Below, one piece after another: positions 24,509-36,490 of a DNA stretch of 64,000 nucleotides (its first letter is position 1; each line of letters opens with the position of its first letter). The translations under genes and the position numbers were made by a program. The stretch lies in NCBI GenBank assembly GCA_030248215.1, contig JASANG010003810.1:186001-250000 (forward strand), written 5' to 3'. Under the pieces are notes generated by a model that worked only from the letters and a program-made list of their open reading frames with translations, made no database searches and had not been told where the DNA came from. The stretch comes from Enoplolaimus lenunculus (Eukaryota).

Positions 24509-26689
24509 TAATTGAGTTGTAATTTTAGAATAATAACTGGTTTGAACATTTCTTTGATGTTCTTCAGATATGTAATCAGGATTTCAGTTCGAAATGGTAT
24601 ACTAACTTCATGTACACAAAAAATTTTAACTTTAAAATCAAGAAAGTTATTCTAAAGCCTGTTAAAAGTGTTTGCTTGTTTCGTCAGTAATTTCCGCATG
24701 AAATTCAACGCCTGTACTCTCTAAAAGCTTAAACTAACTTGATTTAAGCTTAAGCTAATCTACCAGTATTAAACCAACTTTCTCGATAAACTAAACTAAC
24801 ACGAAGGTTTATGCTTAAAATCTTACATATTTTCAGTTTATGCTAAACTTAAAAAACTCTTAGATACACGGACGCACTTGTTACTTAAACTAAAAATAAG
24901 CTTAGTTAAACGCGTGTTAAACTTAAAAACAATTTAGTTTAAGTGAAACTTATAATTCTAGTTTAGTTAGTCCGTCCAGCCATTTAAGAGTTTTACTTAT
25001 AACCTAATATTCAAGTTTAGCTAAGCTATAATTTAAGTTTATGTTTTTAGACAGTATCCCTTTCTTTATATGCGCTTTATCAAATTTACAGCCGCAGATA
25101 TAGAACTTTGCGATACGGGAAGATAATTTGTTGGTCATTACACATTTGAAATAGTCGTAAAATGTAATATGACATTCGATATTTGTCTGTTCATCCGATA
25201 TAAGAGCACGAAATTTAACGTTGAAATCGAGTCACCATTGGATCAATTATGACCACTGGCTGCCCCGATTATAAAAACTAATCGTTATGAACCCAACGTG
25301 ACCCTGATCTGGGGGTACAAACGCCCTGTCTTACATCATCACCTCCAAAATTATTTTTGACACTACATCTTCAGTGGTGAAACGTGTCAACTGCCGATAA
25401 TAACAAGTGTCTACTGGAACATTGCACTCTTTTGAATCAACCTAGTAGCAGCAACCTCGGGGCTGGAATAATTTTAGCCCCTTAGAAAACTGTTAACCTT
25501 ATTTCTTGTAATTTATTGAAAACGCTTGAATACTCCTCCTGAAAAATTTTTTAGCCCCCCTTCTAAAAAGGTGAGCTGGCTACCGGCCTGTAGGCCGCCT
25601 TAAATTCTTGGAAAAATATGAACGGGGGGTTGAAGGACTTGTTTTTTAAAGTATACACTAAACACGTGAGGGGATAGACCCGTAACATGAGTAACCGTGC
25701 AGATAAAATGAGTAGGGTAACGCAATCTTATAGTCTCATAGAACTCTCTCATCTGGTGCAATTACAAACCTAAAAACAAGGTTGGTTTTTATCCACTCAG
25801 CAAGGTAACTGTGTCCTATCTTGCGGCGCCGTATATTACCTTTAACAGGGTCCGTAGCCAAGGGGGGGCAGGCCGCCCCTGGATAAACTTTGGCCCTTTC
25901 TAGAAAATTTTTGCTTGTAATTCATAGAAAACCCTTCAACAGCCCCTGATGAAAATGCTTTAGCCTCCCCTAGCAAGCTGAGCTGGCTATAGGCCTACCT
26001 TTGAAACAATCTTAAGCTTTGTACCTGCTGATCAATAGATATTACCCTCATAAGAAGCTGTATAAAACCCGTAAGACTGGCACAACGAACGCCCGCTATA
26101 GAATAATCTAAAATTGTTTCAGAGACATAATTTGACCTGTGGGCTTTAGGGGGAACCCTACTCAGTATCAAGACAAGCACAGCGTTCAGACAAAACGAAA
26201 TAAAATAGCACCCCTAAACGGTTATTTTTACTAGCTATGTAGTCAATAGTGATTTTTCATAATTATTAGCTAAAAGTATCTTTGTGGGTTTTATAAGCAT
26301 AGTAGACGTCATTTGTGAAATCAGTGTAGTTTAATATGATTTCAGCTGATTTCTGAGTCCGTCATTCAGAACGGCGGATAACACAGCTGCCTGCCGTTTT
26401 AACCAGTTGTTGATAGGTCTTGTAACTTATAAATTAGATAAATAAAAATTCATTAAATGTTTACACGTTATCTGTCGGGTACATAAAACTATAATCGCTT
26501 GAGTCTGAGCGGTATAGCCACTGGTTTGGCTTAAAACGTTATTACCAGCTGATGATGGGTGCTATAGCGATACGAGAATATTTCTGGTGGTTTGTATCCA
26601 TGATTTTTTATTTATTTATTGTTGCAAAAACAAGACTTTGAAGTATGTCAGATTTTTTCAAGTTAAAATCTTAGCGGAATTTGACATTT

Positions 26690-26878
26690 CGGTCTATGTA
26701 AAAAACAGGGGCGGAACAGTATTATATGCATATTTCTAAGCCTAAGCGTAAGCCTAAGCGTACGAATGAGCATATTGCTAAGCCTAAGCCTAAGCCTATG
26801 TCTAAGCAAAGCGCAAAAAATTAGTCTAAAGCTTAAGGTTACTCTATTCTAGTCCCACGGGAAAGCGTTACATGGGCC
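26690..26878. mobile_element. Telomeric-repeat MITE (family D)
   Basis: TIRs and GCCTAA core. Confidence 0.8.
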
Positions 26879-27049
26879 GACAATTTTAGGATTTTTTAAC
26901 TAAAAATGCAGCTGAGACCAGGTTATTTAGGTCGATTAATGGTTCTTCGATTGCGCCAAAACTTCAATATGTTAACTGTAGGGAAGTTTAGGTTTAAGGT
27001 TTATATGCGCTTATCGTTCAATGGAACGTGAACACAGTTCGACATCGAA

Positions 27050-27613
27050 TAGAGATAACTTAGAATATACAATAATATTTTTTATTTCCAATGTTAAATA
27101 AAAATAAAATAAAAAATAATACTTTTTATTTCAAATGTTAAATGCCACTCAAAATAATATTTTTTATTTAAGAAAAAATTTCTTACATTTAAGAAAAATA
27201 ATTTGCAAGGTTCACTTGAAAAGTATTTCTGTTATAACTGAAAAGATTTCAGAAAAGTTTCCAAATGAAGTTTGAAAATAAACGTTTTCCAGATATTTAT
27301 GAAAAATTGTCTTAAATATTAGAAATACTTGTCAGATTTGCCACAGAAAATACTTTTGTGAATAAATTCAGAAATACTTTTTTGCCTGTGGAAATAACTT
27401 GAAACAAAAAATAACACTTTTTATTTCAAATGTTATATGGAGATAACTTAAAATAAATATAATATTTCGTTAAATGGAAATAACTGAACACAAAAATAAT
27501 ACTTTGATTTCAAAGGTTAAATCGAAATAAGTTAAAATAAAAAACAATATTTTTATTTCAAACGTTAAATGGAAATAAGTTAAAATAAAAATAATATTTT
27601 TTATTTCAAATGT

Positions 27614-27616
<3 letters not shown>
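27050..27616. repeat. Degenerate ~45-bp AT-rich tandem repeat interrupted by a family-G MITE
   Basis: Recurrent TTTTTATTTCAAATGTTAAATGGAAATAACTT. Confidence 0.7.

Positions 27617-27687
<71 letters not shown>
27617..27687. repeat. (TA)n microsatellite
   Basis: Seen directly. Confidence 0.97.
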
Positions 27688-27690
<3 letters not shown>

Positions 27691-28146
27691 GCGTGCCGTA
27701 TTGACGTAAACAGGTGAACCTTATGGACTTTAAGTATTACCTTTCTACGGCTGTTGTTTTCTGATATTTTTAATTTCAATGCAAATTAAGTTTTTTGGAC
27801 AAAAATTCTTTATTTTTCAACTCTAAACGTCAAAGCGATATTCTGAAGAAAACACGCATGATCGTTTGGCAAATAATGCCCGAAGATGACTTTGTGCCCA
27901 TATTAATATTTTCTAATGTTTGTAGCATTTCTATGTTCAGTTGGTGATAGGTCATGTTCACTTTTGAACTGATTTTGAATTTATGAATTTTGTGTATTTT
28001 ATTGCATTCGGTTTATCCTGAGCTATCGCGGTGTTTTTTGTGTTTCCAATTTCATTGGGAAACACGCGCTACACGCGGTTTAAAATAATATGGCTGTAGA
28101 TATTAACAGTACGTAAAACATTTATCTACTATTCTTGGAAAACAAT

Positions 28147-29335
28147 GGTTGGGTTTCTGGGCCAATCTAAAGAACCGGGGCGGAACAGTATTATAAGCAT
28201 ATTCCTAAGCCTAAGCCTATGCCTAAGCCTAAGCCTAACCGTCAGCATAAGCCTATACCTTAGCATAAGCCTAAGCAAAAAAATAATCTAAAGGTTAAGC
28301 ATACTCGATTGCAATCTCGGGCCAGTGTAAAGAACAGGGGCGGAAAAGTATTATAAGCATATTCCTAAAACATAAGCCTAAGCCTAAGCCTAAGCGTAAG
28401 AATGAGCATATTCCTAAGCCTAAGCGTAAGCCTAAGTCTAAGCCAAGCAAAAATTAGTCTAAACCCTAAGCTTACACTTTTCTGTTCCCACAGAAAAACG
28501 TTGTGCTTCTGATCTTTACGTGGGCCCGTTTCTAGAATCTTACTAAAGTACTACTTCATACTTAGGTGCTAAGCAGTTACTTGACCAAATCATAGTTTTC
28601 AAGATCGTACTTAAGTTAAGCAACCACTTTAGTCTCACTGAAAATTTAACGTACGACAGACGAACAATTCCGACATATTAACCTTGGTCTAACTGAGATT
28701 ATAGGCTCATGGTACATCCTTAATATAATGCAAAGACTATGGCTTTCTACTTCTGACACTACACTGCAAAAAATGGTGAGTCAAATCCGCTCCCCCCGAA
28801 ATAGGTTCTATGGGACTACACAAACTGAGTCAAGTGCGACAACACCAGTGTCAAATCACTTAGCCGCACGTTCGACTCTGGCGGAGCTGAATTTGACTCA
28901 GATTGTGTAGTCCCGTAGAGCCTGTTTCAGAGGGACTCAATTTGACTCACCAATTTTTGCAGTGTAGGACCCGTATTCTCAAATGTGTATAGCAACTATT
29001 ATAAGTTAGTAATAGGTTTTTAACTTCACTAAATATTGCAGTTTCTGCACTTAAAATTGGCATAGGAGTAGAGCAATTCATTTGCGAAAAATGTGCTGAA
29101 TTTTGAGCCTCAGCAGTCACTGAGTCGAAAGTTACAGAAACTGTCAACAACTGGTAATGGATGCTACACACAATTGGGACTATGGGTTTAGGTCAACTTT
29201 GCCGTTTTTCTATTTTTGTTCGAAAATTTAAGCATTTTAAGCCGGTAACTTAAAAAGTACGCAACAGTAATATATTAAGTAGGTACTTAAGTATAACTTA
29301 AGTAAATGCTTAAGTAACATTTTTGAAACCCAACC
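28147..29335. mobile_element. TIR element (GGTTGGGTTTC...GAAACCCAACC, AAT flanks) hosting nested family-D (28160-28526, two units) and family-B (28762-28964) MITEs
   Basis: 11-bp perfect TIR, 3-bp AAT duplication; related ends at ~32930 and ~55695. Confidence 0.65.
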
Positions 29336-29597
29336 AATATGCGAAAATGTGTGCAAATCGGGATAACCTCGTGATCCGACTGGTTCAGAGGCAAAATCAA
29401 ACTGCTATTTTTTTATTTACATTTTCTATGCTTTTTTACTGTCTCTATTACTCTTTATTTGAACGTATAGAATATTTTTAACAGTGAACAGCGATTGAAA
29501 TTTTAAATTATCAGCGTTGAATTCAATGATAAATGGGATGGAATCGGAACGATAGTAGGCATTACGACAGATCATCTGAAGGTGTGTTCAGTTCAAC

Positions 29598-29751
29598 GGC
29601 CACTGTAAAGAACACGGGCAGAACAGTATTATGAGCATATCCCTAAGCCTAAGCCTAAGCCTAAAGCCAGGCAAAAAATTAGTCCAAAACTTAAGCTTAC
29701 TCTATTGCAGTCCCACAGAAAAACGTTCCGCCGCTGATCTTTACAACGGCC
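29598..29751. mobile_element. Telomeric-repeat MITE (family D)
   Basis: 8-bp TSD AGTTCAAC. Confidence 0.88.
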
Positions 29752-30373
29752 AGTTCAACTGACGAAAATTATGATTTCAACTGACAAAATTTATGATTAA
29801 AACAATTTTTACAAAACATACTGTTCTTGTTCACTTTTCCGACAAACGGTTTAGGCCTATTAGCTTTTGTGCCTAAATGCCTTAAATGTTAGAGAATCAA
29901 TTCTATAAAGTTGAAACGCCCCACATACGCATTTTGTGCAACTTTCCAGCATTTACTTTGAATTTTAGTCATATTTTCTCAGAACACAAGTGTGGTTGTT
30001 TTGCGGAAACAAAATTTGCATGCAGATTGTTGTGGGTTCGCTAACTTTTGCGCATTGTGCAAAACCGGCTAACTATAGCTTGAGTTATTTTGCTAGAAAA
30101 CATACTGTATAGCTTCAGATCGTCAATTTCCATATGAAAAATTTTAAGCACGAATCGGTTGTTGAAGATAAGCATCTGTCAGCTGGCTAAGATACAGCTA
30201 CACAATTATATTTGCATATTGAATGTTTAACAACATTTTTAAAGTCGCGGGCAGTTGCTTAATGCAATAAGCAATTTAGCAATTGCAGTTTTCGATCCGA
30301 TGAAATGTTGCAGTTTGCGTTTTTACAGTGAGTTAATTGCAATTACTAATAATGCAATTTTCATCGATTTTAG

Positions 30374-30597
30374 CATACTCGCGACACGTTTCTTGGGTTC
30401 CTGTTGGCCGTTCGTCTTCTTCGATTGGTTCTCATAAGCATGAAGGTGCAGCTGGCGCTGGTTACTTTCATTCGTTTCTAAATATGCACTACTTGACTGC
30501 TGCGCTTCGAAGCTTAGAACCGCGTATTGATGATGATCTGATTGATCGGTTGAACTATTACTATAGTCCTAGTATTATTATTATATTTGCGATTTTG
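30374..30597 (+). CDS. Innexin exon (N-terminal helix + TM1)
   Basis: TTTTAG acceptor at 30373 (phase 1), or start at ATG 30484. [38 protein letters not shown]; donor TTG|GTAAGT. Confidence 0.9.
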
Positions 30598-33500
30598 GTA
30601 AGTTATTAACATTAAAACTTGCAATTTTGGTAAGTTAACATTAATAATTGTAATTTTGGTCAGTTATTAACATTAATAGTTGCAATTTTGGTAAGTTATT
30701 AACATTAATAATTGCAATTTTGGTAAGTTATTTACATTAATAATTGCAATTTTGATAAGTTATTAACATTAATAATTGCGATTTTGGTAAGTTAACATTA
30801 ATAATTGTAATTTTGGTAAGTTATTAACATTAATAGTTGCAATTTTGTTAAGTTGTTAACATTAATAATTGCAATTTTGGTAAGTTATTTACATTAATAA
30901 TTGCAATTTTGATAAGTTATTAACATTAATAATTGCGATTTTGGTAAGTTAACATTAATAATTGCTATTGTATTATTAACTGATTAACATTAATAATTGC
31001 AATTTTGCTAAGTTAGCAACATTAATAATTGCAATTTTGGTAAGTTAGCAATTATTAATGTTAATAACTTACCAAAATTGCAATTATTAATGTTAATAAC
31101 GTACAAAAATTTTCAACTGAGCTTAAATTAAAATCAATTCGCTAGAATTTATTGTGTGCAAGAGATATTAACTTTAGAGAAGATGTAGAAATTAGCTGAT
31201 GTCGCGGGAACGTTTTGTCTGCGAGACTGTAACAGAATAAAGCTTAAGCTTTAAACCACATTTTGTTTAGGATTAGACTTAGGTATAAGCACTTTCACGT
31301 TTAGATTCAGGCTTTGGCTTAGGCTTAGGAATACACTTATACAACTGTTACGAGCATTTTCTCTATGTTGGCCCATATTTCCAATGAGCTTGCACCGAGT
31401 GCAAAATTTGATTACAAGATATACAAAGATTGATGTTAGGGTAGAGCCCCTAATATTCCAGGTGGGCGTCTCTTGATAATGATCAAAATGTTTTTCAAAT
31501 TTTTTGTTTACAACCTTGTAGATAGGGGGCCCTTTTTAGGGGTGGGATAACCCCAAATGGGGGTTGTGGGTGATGGCTGCTTCGGCCGTACCCAGAACGA
31601 TGTATTGCCTTTTCAAGGCAGTGCGTATGGTAAAAGTAAAGTTTTGAAATTGGGAATAACATCACTGCAAATTCCAGTGAGTTGATTTTAACTCAAAATG
31701 AGTGGAATTCACTCATAAGTCTGAGCAGTGAATTAAGTCTTTCAGAACTCAAAATTGTGAGTTGATTGAACTCATAACCAATTCTCTCTCGCTGAGTTGA
31801 TTAATCAACTCGTCGGGATTTACAGTGAGTGAACACTGTAAATTCCAATGAGTTAATTAATCAACTGCGACAAAAAGTTAGTTATTTCTGAGTTAACAAC
31901 AGAAACCTATAGCTCACTCTGACAGTTTCGTTAATTCTTACTCTGAGTCGAGTTGATTCCGGTAAAGTTAATTAATTAAATCACAATGAGTTGAATCATC
32001 TCAAATTTCTGAGTTCTCATAGTCGTATAACTTAAGACTGAGTGATTCAAGTTATTCTGAGTTAAAATCTCACTCTCACTGCAAATTTACAGCGAACCCT
32101 AGTTTTGTTTTCCAGGTAAGCGCTAAACAATACGTCGGGCATCCAATTGAATGCTGGGTACCGGCTCAATTTACTCGTCCAATGGAACAATACACCGAAA
32201 GCTACTGTTGGGTCCAAAACACCTACTGGTTGCCGTTTTCTGAGCTGATTCCGAATCGAATTGAAGATCGTGAACTGCGTCAGATTGGCTACTATCAGTG
32301 GGTTCCGTTTATTTTCGCTGTTCAAGCGTTGTTGTTTTATTTGCCAGCGATTCTGTGGCGACTCCTATGCACACAGTCAGGTTCGAAGCCGTTTGTTGTG
32401 TTCAATCAGCGCCGGAGGGTAGCAGCAGCGTGGGTGACTGCACCCAAAAATTCCGAGGTGGTGGCGATCCCACGGCGTTGATGAAAATATTTTTTTTCTG
32501 AAATGTTTCCAAGGTGGGGCACCTTTTTTGGAATGACGCCCCCAAATCGATATATGGGGGTGGCTGGTCCGGCTCTAGTGTATATTAATATTTTTCGTGT
32601 ATTTTACTTTTATTTCCGCAATACTAAATTTTTTACATTATTCTTGACTGTGTTTTCAACTAAATTTTCTATATATGTATGTATATACTTTTCTGTAGGA
32701 ATATTTTCATAGCGTTGAATGCCGTGGAGGAGGGACCAATAGTCTACAATTTCAATTAGACCAAGGTTAGTAGGTGTGCCTGAACGGTTAATTTGCAGTG
32801 AATCAAATTTAGTCAGCGATTGAAGTATTTACTTAACTTAAGTACACTTTTAAAAACGGCAAAGTAGTTAAGCAATTACTTAGCCCGTACTTAAGTACTA
32901 ATTCGTATACTTAACTTGGATTTCAGAAACCCAGCCAACGTCATGTAACCTTTGAATAAAACAGTTTTGAAGGTTCGAAGTTTAGGGTTACTAATAGAAT
33001 TTAATGTACTATATTATTATGTGAAATAGCTAATCGTTAGCTTTCACAGTTCCAGTTGTTCACAGTTTGAAAACCTGTTACTAACTGATGATAAGTGCTA
33101 CATTGAACAGTTGATAATACTCTTAGACAAGAGTATGCCACTGCCTGGGTTGTGCATGGTACAAAGTCGACCAGGGTGCGTTGCGTTTTCGTTTTCCCAC
33201 CTTATTTAACGGGTTGGGGCGGGCGGCCGATGTCATATACAATACCACTAAACTTGCTTTACCAGGGCTTAATTACAAACGGGCATTTTTTATGCAGTAT
33301 CAAGTGATATATTTTTTCAGCACAAGTTACACCCCTCGTAAATAAGGTGGATCACCCCAAACACGCAACGTGCGCTAGTTGCCATTCTTTTGTACACAGA
33401 ATATACCCAGTTGTACACTCCTGTAAAAAAAGCGTCCACCCCTCGTAAATAAGGTGGATCACCCCAAACACGCAACGTGCGCTAGTTGCCATTCTTTTGT

Positions 33501-36490
33501 ACACAGAATATACCCAGTTGTACACTCCTGTAAAAAAAGCGTCCACCCCTCGTAAATAAGATGGATCACCCCAAACACGCAACGTGCGCTAGTTGTCATT
33601 CTTTTGTACACAGAATATACCCAGTTGTACACTCCTGTAAAAAAAGCGTCCACCCCTCGTAAATAAGGTGGATCACCCCAAACACGCAACGTGCGCTAGT
33701 TGCCATTCTTTTGTACACAGAATATACCCAGTTGTACACTCCTGTAATAAAAGCGTCCACCCCTCGTAAATAAGATGGATCACCCCAAACACGCAACGTG
33801 CGCTAGTTGCCATTCTTTTGTACACAGAATATACCCAGTTGTACACTCCTGTAATAAAAGCGTCCACCCCTCGTAAATAAGATGGATCACCCCAAACACG
33901 CAACGTGTGCTAGTTGTCATTCTTTTGTACACAGAATATACCCAGTTGTACACTCTTGTCAAAAAATAGCGTCGACTCCATAACCGAGTTGACAATGCCG
34001 CTCTGTACATTTTTTGCAGGAATCAACATCCACGCAATCCTTCAAATGGCGTGTGACGAACACAACATTGAACCGGACAATCGTCTTAAAACAGTCCACG
34101 TCCTGTCGAGACATCTCGACGACGCCCTCCGCTACCAGCGTGAATCCAGACAGCGGTCGCTGTATTTATGGGCGATCGTTCGCATCGGTAAACACTACGG
34201 CGCCTACGTGTCTGCCCTGTACTGTCTCATCAAAACCCTGTACCTGGCGAATGTGTTAGGTCAATTTTTCCTACTCAATCGGTTCTTAGAAACGACCGAT
34301 TATTCGTTTTTCGGCGCTAATATCGTGTGGGATTTATTGCACGGTCATGAATGGCGGAATTCGGGCAAATTCCCACGCGTCACCCTGTGTGACTTTGAAA
34401 TTCGCGTACTCGGCAATATTCATCGACATTCAGTTCAGTGTGTTCTGGTCATTAATATGTTTACAGAGAAAATATTCGTATTTCTATGGTTATGGTTTGT
34501 GTTACTTTCGCTGATGTGCGCGTTGAGTTTATTGTACTGGATGTTCAACTTGAGTATTACAAGCTTTCGGATTGGTTACATTTGTCAACAGTTGGACATG
34601 ACTGATTGTGGTCCAAGAAAAGGCAGCGACGAAGAACAACGGCTGAGAACGTTTGTGGTTAATTTTCTTCGGCCTGACGGCGTTTTTATACTGAGAATGA
34701 TCGGTTGGCACGCTGGGAACATACTGTGTACAGAAATTTGTCAGGTCCTTTGGACTAGGTATCGAGATAACAAATTGATCCGGCCGCTAGGCGTTTCGCT
34801 AGGCGACTACTCAGCGGATCCGCTGTGTTTGTCTGCGAAAAATGGCTGCGGTGGCGCTACGGACGGGTCTGGATCAAGGCATTGCTCTTTGCGGCCAGCA
34901 GCGGCGTTATCGTCTATTGATGAATTGCTCGAAGATCAGCCATCATCAAAAGACGATAGCGACAACGACTGCGATGCAGACGAAGCGCCACCAGACGGCG
35001 TTGCCGTGTCTAGGATTCGTCGCTCAGCGGCGGCAGCTGCTGGATTCGTCTCAGCGGATCAGCAAGCGAATCCCAGATCAGACAGCGCTGAATCAAGCCG
35101 CTGGCGCTCGGCAGCAAATCCTGGATCTGGTGACGACGAGCTGCACGACAGAAGTGCTGAGCAGGAGCGTCTGGATTCAGCCGCTGCTGCTAGCGCTACT
35201 GTTGCCAGCCGTCGAGTACAACCAGCTGCTGGTGGCGTGAACAGCCGTAATGAACCGGGTTACACCGAATTCGAAGCAGCGTCAACGTTGCGCGCTGATT
35301 CGAGAAGCCGACGCCGGAATGGCAAAGGAAAGAAGAAACCAGCGGCGACATCTGGTCGCGAAGAACAACCAATCGTATTGAAATATCGTCATGATCATGC
35401 GTACGAGCAATTGATTGGACAACAACAACAGCAACAGCAACAATTAACAGATACGACCACTGGCCAGGATATATCTGGTGATAATCCCCTCGCAAGAATT
35501 TGGCAACACCCCCCAACCGGTTACATATCGAGTTTGACAAGTTTCGATCCAACCCTGCTTACCAGCAGCTCTGTGGGCACCGCTGTTCCACCACCCGGAT
35601 ATCAGTTACCTCCGCAGTACGATTCCGCTCCGTTATCGCCCATGCAACAACGTCAACTCACTGCCATTACCCCTGAAACTGGTCCAATAATAGGCAACCA
35701 AACTGGTGTCGGCCCCCTACGTCTAACCGGCTTAGATCAAAGCGAACAACATCAAACGATACCACCGACTACAAGTTCGCTGAGTTGGTTTCACGCTAAA
35801 CCATCAAGACCTCATTTAACAACGATGACGTCATCGGTTTCTGCCACCGGTGACGCCAGTAGGCTTCATCTTAGCGTCCCAGCCCAATTATCAGATAACG
35901 AAGACCAGCCAGGGGATGTCGAACCTTACCCTGGCGGACCCAGAAGTGAGCAAATGCAAGGCGACGTGACCAGCGAGTCTACAGCGTCCTGTCGTGCATC
36001 TCTGCTCCGTCCAACACAAGCCGCGTCAAAGTTTAAGTCACCATTGCTGTTGTCGGGCATCAAACGTGTGATAGGATATCATAATACAAAACCGCAACCT
36101 GTGAGTTTATCACCGGAACTAAGCCGACATATTCGGTCAAATTCAGGATCGATATCCGGTAGCCATACGCAAGGCAAATTGATATGGAAAGGCCGGAAAC
36201 GGTCTGTTGATCGAGAACAACAGCAGCAACAACAACAGCAGCACCAACAACAACAACAACAACAGCAACAACCCCTTCCACATTGTATAGCTCCTATTGT
36301 AGATACAACATCAATGGGCGGCGCCGCTGCAATCACTGTCAAAACTGCAAGACAAAGTGCAATTAAAGCGTCAAAAAGTTGCATTCAACCAGCGGTTGCA
36401 TTTGAACGCAAATCAGCAAGTGAAGATATTCTGTCGCCGCCAACGGATACTGAAGACTTAACGTTAGAGTTGACGTCTGAAAAACAATAG
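30374..36490 (+). CDS. Innexin (gap-junction/hemichannel subunit), UNC-7/UNC-9/INX-1-like; spliced exons 30374(ATG 30484)-30597, 32116-32380, 34020-36490
   Basis: Joined translation gives [97 protein letters not shown], the innexin signature. All junctions are GT-AG and in phase. 949 aa from ATG 30484. The exact orthologue cannot be assigned by eye. Confidence 0.95.
30587..31115. repeat. 29-32-bp minisatellite containing the innexin splice donor, ~15 forward + 2 inverted units
   Basis: Unit TTGCAATTTTGGTAAGTTATTAACATTAATAA. Confidence 0.92.
31664..32093. mobile_element. Two adjacent, oppositely oriented family-A MITEs (31664-31826, 31834-32093) in an innexin intron
   Basis: CACTG TIRs; second copy has AA/AA TSD. 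Confidence 0.8.
32116..32380 (+). CDS. Innexin exon (extracellular loop 1 + TM2, YYQWVP motif)
   Basis: TTCCAG acceptor; [16 protein letters not shown]...YYQWVPF...LLCTQS; donor G|GTTCGA, phase 1. Confidence 0.93.
33126..33960. mobile_element. ACAAGAGT-terminal TIR element (family K) carrying an internal 107-bp tandem array; shorter copies at 36536-36836 and 61058-61332
   Basis: GACAAGAGT...ACTCTTGTC termini; left end shared with the other copies. Confidence 0.65.
33330..33957. repeat. 107-bp tandem repeat, ~6 near-identical copies
   Basis: Units start at 33330, 33437, 33544, 33651, 33758 and 33865. Confidence 0.95.
34020..36490 (+). CDS. Innexin last exon (TM3, EL2, TM4 and long low-complexity/polyQ C-terminal tail)
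   Basis: TTTGCAG acceptor, phase 1 (G|GA ATC AAC = GIN); open frame to TAG 36490. Confidence 0.9.

Noticed and set aside
33352..34010. Five near-identical 66-76-aa minus-strand ORFs
   Set aside because: By-product of the 107-bp tandem array in an innexin intron.
33914..34019. N-terminal 35 aa of the 858-aa ORF
   Set aside because: Intronic (repeat/MITE end); innexin homology starts at the acceptor at 34020.
36060..36384. Cys-rich/Val-rich minus-strand ORFs
   Set aside because: Antisense to the innexin polyQ (CAA/CAG) tract.
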